A stretch of DNA of 45,384 nt from a virus (taxonomy: Duplodnaviria > Caudoviricetes): the IMG/VR virus record IMGVR_UViG_3300037483_000743, positions 1 to 45,384 of that record. The stretch is one strand, 5' to 3'. Both the position numbers and the translations under genes were made by a program. Each line of letters starts with the position of its first letter. The first letter of the stretch is position 1. Below the pieces are notes generated by a model, which saw only the letters and a program-made list of their open reading frames with translations, did no database searches and was not told the DNA's origin. Below are positions 42,607-45,384 of the stretch, piece by piece.

Positions 42607-42760
42607 TGACTAGGCCCAGGTGGGGCATCCCTGGCACGTTCTCTCTTTTCGCCTCGGCAACGTGCATACCGCTCGGCCGCGCTGTAGGGGCGACTGTCCG
42701 GGTTTGTGCCCGGCTTCCTGCCACTCTAACGTTTCGCCTGTGGCCGCGTAGCGCCAGTCA
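42607..42760 (-). ncRNA. Putative structured RNA downstream of the tRNA
   Basis: Closing stem UGACUGG/CUAGUCA; internal stems GCCAC/GUGGC, CCGGG/CCCGG, GCACGUU/AACGUGC and CCAGG/CCUGG; no convincing ORF. Confidence 0.35.
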
Positions 42761-42770
42761 CGACGCTAGG

Positions 42771-42843
42771 TAGCGGGCCGCGGAATCGAACCGCGAACAT
42801 CGGGATATGAGCCCGACCGGGCAACCATGCCCAGCCACCCGCA
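42771..42843 (-). tRNA. Initiator-type tRNA-Met(CAT), non-canonical
   Basis: Anticodon arm TCGGG-CTCATAT-CCCGA with three G-C pairs; T arm CGCGG-TTCGATT-CCGCG; 1:72 mismatch; ends ACC-T rather than ACCA. Confidence 0.8.
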
Positions 42844-43000
42844 CTGTAAGGGAAAGGGACAGTTTTCCGTCATGTCCGGGACGCTCGTAACCTGGGAAAC
42901 TATCACTGGCCGGCTACCCACCTACCGGCCGCCTGAGGCGCCTCCGTGCCAAGCCTCAGCCCCAGCGGGTTCATATCCCGCCTCTTCATTGGTGGATTCG

Positions 43001-43297
43001 TTACTTCACCAGGTGCGAGTACAGCCATTCACGCAGTCCGGGTATGTTGTTCACTAGGATCCAAAACGACGCGCCGGACGCCACGTAGATCACTCCGATG
43101 TGCTGATAGGCCGTCTCCCAGGTGAGGTCAGCGAACTCGCCTTGAATGGCGAGAGTCACCCCACCCGCGATGGCCGCGCACACGATGACAACGATGAACT
43201 TGACGTACTCCGGCCACGCGTTCTTCGAGAGCAGCCCGGTAACGAGCGGTAGGAACAGCCCGGTAAGGGCCGCGATTATGAGAGCGTTCGTGTCCAT
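43001..43297 (-). CDS. Holin-like membrane protein
   Basis: 98 aa with about three hydrophobic segments; GGAGG RBS; in the lysis region. Confidence 0.65.
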   Translation of the reverse strand: MDTNALIIAALTGLFLPLVTGLLSKNAWPEYVKFIVVIVCAAIAGGVTLAIQGEFADLTWETAYQHIGVIYVASGASFWILVNNIPGLREWLYSHLVK

Positions 43298-43365
43298 GAA
43301 ACCTCCAGAATCCGTTTGTACGAGAGCAGATGTAGGACCACCTCCTCATCGCAGGGTTACGGGGG

Positions 43366-43524
43366 CTACCTCACCCCGTACTGACAGCGCCACCCCGCGT
43401 GGTAGCAGGTGGCGCAGGTAGCCTCGAGCCTGAGCGAGTGCATGGCCCCGATGGTGGTTGACCAGCCCATGCCCTTGCACGGCATGTTGGGGCCCAGGGT
43501 GACGGTGACGAGGGCGACGCTCAC
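43366..43524 (-). CDS. Small Cys-rich protein
   Basis: GTGA-coupled; C...CATCYH...C. Confidence 0.45.
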   Translation of the reverse strand: MSVALVTVTLGPNMPCKGMGWSTTIGAMHSLRLEATCATCYHAGWRCQYGVR

Positions 43525-43619
43525 ACCGGGAAGCTCGCCACCGCATCTGCCAGCAGCCAGGAGAGGATGATGAACGCCCCGACGAACAGGATCAGGCGGA
43601 AGAGGCGCGCGGGGGTCAC
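43521..43619 (-). CDS. 32-aa membrane peptide
   Basis: MTPARLFRLILFVGAFIILSWLLADAVASFPV; GTGA-coupled on both sides. Confidence 0.5.
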   Translation of the reverse strand: MTPARLFRLILFVGAFIILSWLLADAVASFPV

Positions 43620-43783
43620 CAGACCACCGGATGCAGATCGACATATCCGCAATCACGATCGCAATAGCGCACACGCACCCAGTGTCCGTCGTCTGTCAGT
43701 TCGTAGCCAAGGACCATCTCGTGGTCGCAGCGCACTTGCTTGATGAAGACGCTCACTCCGTGCAGGATGGCCCGCAGGCTCAC
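43616..43783 (-). CDS. Small zinc-ribbon-like protein
   Basis: CDH...CDRDCG; GTGA-coupled. Confidence 0.5.
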   Translation of the reverse strand: MSLRAILHGVSVFIKQVRCDHEMVLGYELTDDGHWVRVRYCDRDCGYVDLHPVVW

Positions 43784-44085
43784 GTTCCTACCTTCCCGCC
43801 TATGGGATACCAATCGAACTCACCCTCGGCTCCGACGCGGAAGTGCCCGCGACAGTGGCAGCAGTACGTCGCTCCATAGAACCCCGGCTCGCGCGCATAC
43901 GTCTCCGCGAGTGCTTGGCCCATCGTTGTAACGGTGCCACAGCGAGTGTGCCGGTAGGCATCGCGCACCGGACGGATGAAGCCCTTGGCGCGTTCCTTCT
44001 CAGACAGCACGAGATATGCCGCCTGCATCCCGTTCTCGTCAAGTTCGTGTAGTCCGGGGTCGGTACGGTCATCGGTGACGCTCAT
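43780..44085 (-). CDS. Conserved-looking zinc-binding hypothetical protein
   Basis: H..CG..T.M...LAETYAR.P.FYGATYC..C..HF motif. Confidence 0.7.
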   Translation of the reverse strand: MSVTDDRTDPGLHELDENGMQAAYLVLSEKERAKGFIRPVRDAYRHTRCGTVTTMGQALAETYAREPGFYGATYCCHCRGHFRVGAEGEFDWYPIGGKVGT

Positions 44086-44204
44086 TTGGTGTCCTTGTGT
44101 TGGTAGTGGGGACACGTATCACAGTTGCGCCGGTCGCCACATGTGTTGCAGGGGCGGCCGAATGTGATCGGCACACATGGGTCTGGAGCAACCGCGAGGC
44201 TCAC
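44082..44204 (-). CDS. 40-aa Cys-rich micro-protein
   Basis: MSLAVAPDPCVPITFGRPCNTCGDRRNCDTCPHYQHKDTK; overlaps the endolysin stop (GTGA) and the next start (ATGA). Confidence 0.5.
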   Translation of the reverse strand: MSLAVAPDPCVPITFGRPCNTCGDRRNCDTCPHYQHKDTK

Positions 44205-44923
44205 TTCTTCACCAGCTGCAACTCGTAGTCGCTCAGGTCCACCCCACTCTGGTCGAGCAGACGGGCGGCCAGGATGGTCACCAGCCCCACGGAAGCGGCC
44301 TGGCTAGACGGATGGGGGCGACTGAGTATCCCGGCCGCGATGAGCTTCTGCTGCGCTACGTCGATGATGGCAGGGTCAGCCACGGTGTCGATCTCTTCAC
44401 GTACGATGGCGCGCACGATGGTTCGGATCTCATCAGCGGTCATATCATCCTCCTGTAGTCCGAGACGGCCCTGCACTTTCGCCCACGTGTAGTCGTTCAG
44501 GTCCAGTTCCGGGTCCGACTTCCGCCCCGGCGCGATCTCCCGGTGCCCGATGGGTCGCGTCCCGCGAAACTGATGTTTCTGATGGAGCATCCAAATCAAC
44601 TCATCGAGGGCTTTCAGTTGTGCGGGCGGGTAGGGTGCGGAGCCTGCCGAGATGTGGGATATCTCGATTCCGATGGAGTAGCCGTTCATGTAGGTGAGCC
44701 CGGCCCACGAGGACTCTCCGGCATGCCAGGCGCGCTGGGTGTCCTGCACCATGTGGTAGATGTCACCGTTCGGCGCGATGAGGTATTGCACGGACACCCG
44801 GGCGTCGAGGTCCAGGAGCCATCCGAGGTCGCTTGGAAAGTTCCCCTCGGTGTCGTGCAGCACGAGGTAGAGGGGCTCGATGGTCCCGCCGTGTTTGGGT
44901 GTGGGCCTTTGGATAATGTTCAC
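44201..44923 (-). CDS. Endolysin, N-acetylmuramoyl-L-alanine amidase (Amidase_2)
   Basis: LVLHDTEG...AWHAG...N..SIGIE...GHREIAPGRK.DP zinc-amidase motifs. Confidence 0.92.
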   Translation of the reverse strand: MNIIQRPTPKHGGTIEPLYLVLHDTEGNFPSDLGWLLDLDARVSVQYLIAPNGDIYHMVQDTQRAWHAGESSWAGLTYMNGYSIGIEISHISAGSAPYPPAQLKALDELIWMLHQKHQFRGTRPIGHREIAPGRKSDPELDLNDYTWAKVQGRLGLQEDDMTADEIRTIVRAIVREEIDTVADPAIIDVAQQKLIAAGILSRPHPSSQAASVGLVTILAARLLDQSGVDLSDYELQLVKK

Positions 44924-44954
44924 GGCAGCCTCCCAGCGATTGCTTTCTGAGCAT

Positions 44955-44979
44955 GAAAAGACCCGCTCGGGGCGGGTCA
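44955..44979 (-). terminator. Intrinsic terminator-like hairpin upstream of the endolysin
   Basis: GACCCGC-loop-GCGGGUC followed by UUUU. Confidence 0.55.
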
Positions 44980-45004
44980 GTGAAGAGAGCGGATTCGGGG
45001 TTGA

Positions 45005-45376
45005 CTACAAGAGCCCGAGCGCCGCCGCGATCCCAAGGGAGACTGCGACCACACCGAGCATCGCGGCTACCGCGCCGACCACTTTCCCGGCGATCCGGAG
45101 AAAGGCCATGGTGTCAAGCACCACTCTCTTTACCGGCCGCCACTCGCCTTCCAGGAACTGCTGGAACTCCCGACGGGTGACGGCGTTCTGTTGCACGGCT
45201 TCGCTGTCCGCCTCTGTCATGCGCTCCTCCATGTGCTCGCGCTCGATACGGCAGTAGTCGCGGTGCTCATCGAAACGCTGCTCCCAGTTCTTGGCCAGCC
45301 GGTCGATGCGCCCGTTGACGGTCTCCTGAACGGCGGCGCGGACGGCGTCTAGGTATTCATCGTGGGTGGGGGTCAT
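45005..45376 (-). CDS. Coiled-coil protein with C-terminal TM helix (lysis-associated candidate)
   Basis: Between the tail fibre and the endolysin across the circular junction; hydrophobic C-terminus. Confidence 0.6.
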   Translation of the reverse strand: MTPTHDEYLDAVRAAVQETVNGRIDRLAKNWEQRFDEHRDYCRIEREHMEERMTEADSEAVQQNAVTRREFQQFLEGEWRPVKRVVLDTMAFLRIAGKVVGAVAAMLGVVAVSLGIAAALGLL

Positions 45377-45384
45377 AGGACCCC
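45267..45384. repeat. Terminal direct repeat, right copy
   Basis: Matches 1-118 with one mismatch. Confidence 0.95.

Noticed and set aside
42700-42768. Theta/HDV-like ribozyme at the tRNA 3' end
   Set aside because: I could not build the nested double pseudoknot by eye; kept only as an unclassified structured RNA.
42771-42843. tRNA as an attP site
   Set aside because: No integrase is present, and the gene is full-length and divergent rather than a host-like 3' fragment.

Overview
This window appears to be a complete, circularly closed genome of a GC-rich siphovirus-type tailed phage (about 45,266 bp). Positions 1-118 repeat at 45267-45384 with one mismatch. Almost all genes lie on the minus strand in three blocks. 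(1) An early/replication block (41959 to 24088): RHH regulator, HNH, helicase-DNA methyltransferase fusion, secreted HEXXH metallopeptidase, Rad52/RecT-like annealing protein, SbcD and SbcC homologues, RNAP alpha-CTD-like protein, ASCH, RusA, a replication initiator with internal iterons, and an HTH late regulator. (2) A late block from a sigma70-type promoter at about 24091: HNH, TerS, TerL, portal, gpF-like protein, protease/scaffold, decoration protein, Mu gpT-like capsid, head-tail proteins, tail tube, frameshifted chaperone, tape measure, Dit, Tal and fibre, continuing across the junction into the lysis genes, a chain of micro-ORFs, a variant initiator tRNA-Met and flanking structured RNA. 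(3) A small plus-strand unit with an XRE repressor and a 42-aa membrane peptide. No integrase, partition system, reverse transcriptase or CRISPR array is visible. The most unusual elements are the non-canonical tRNA-fMet with an upstream hairpin complementary to its anticodon loop, two HNH cassettes that seem to have replaced the ends of essential genes, an inverted paralogous pair of membrane peptides, and a His-rich repeat inserted in the tail tube. All functional calls come from motif recognition by eye; no searches were run.
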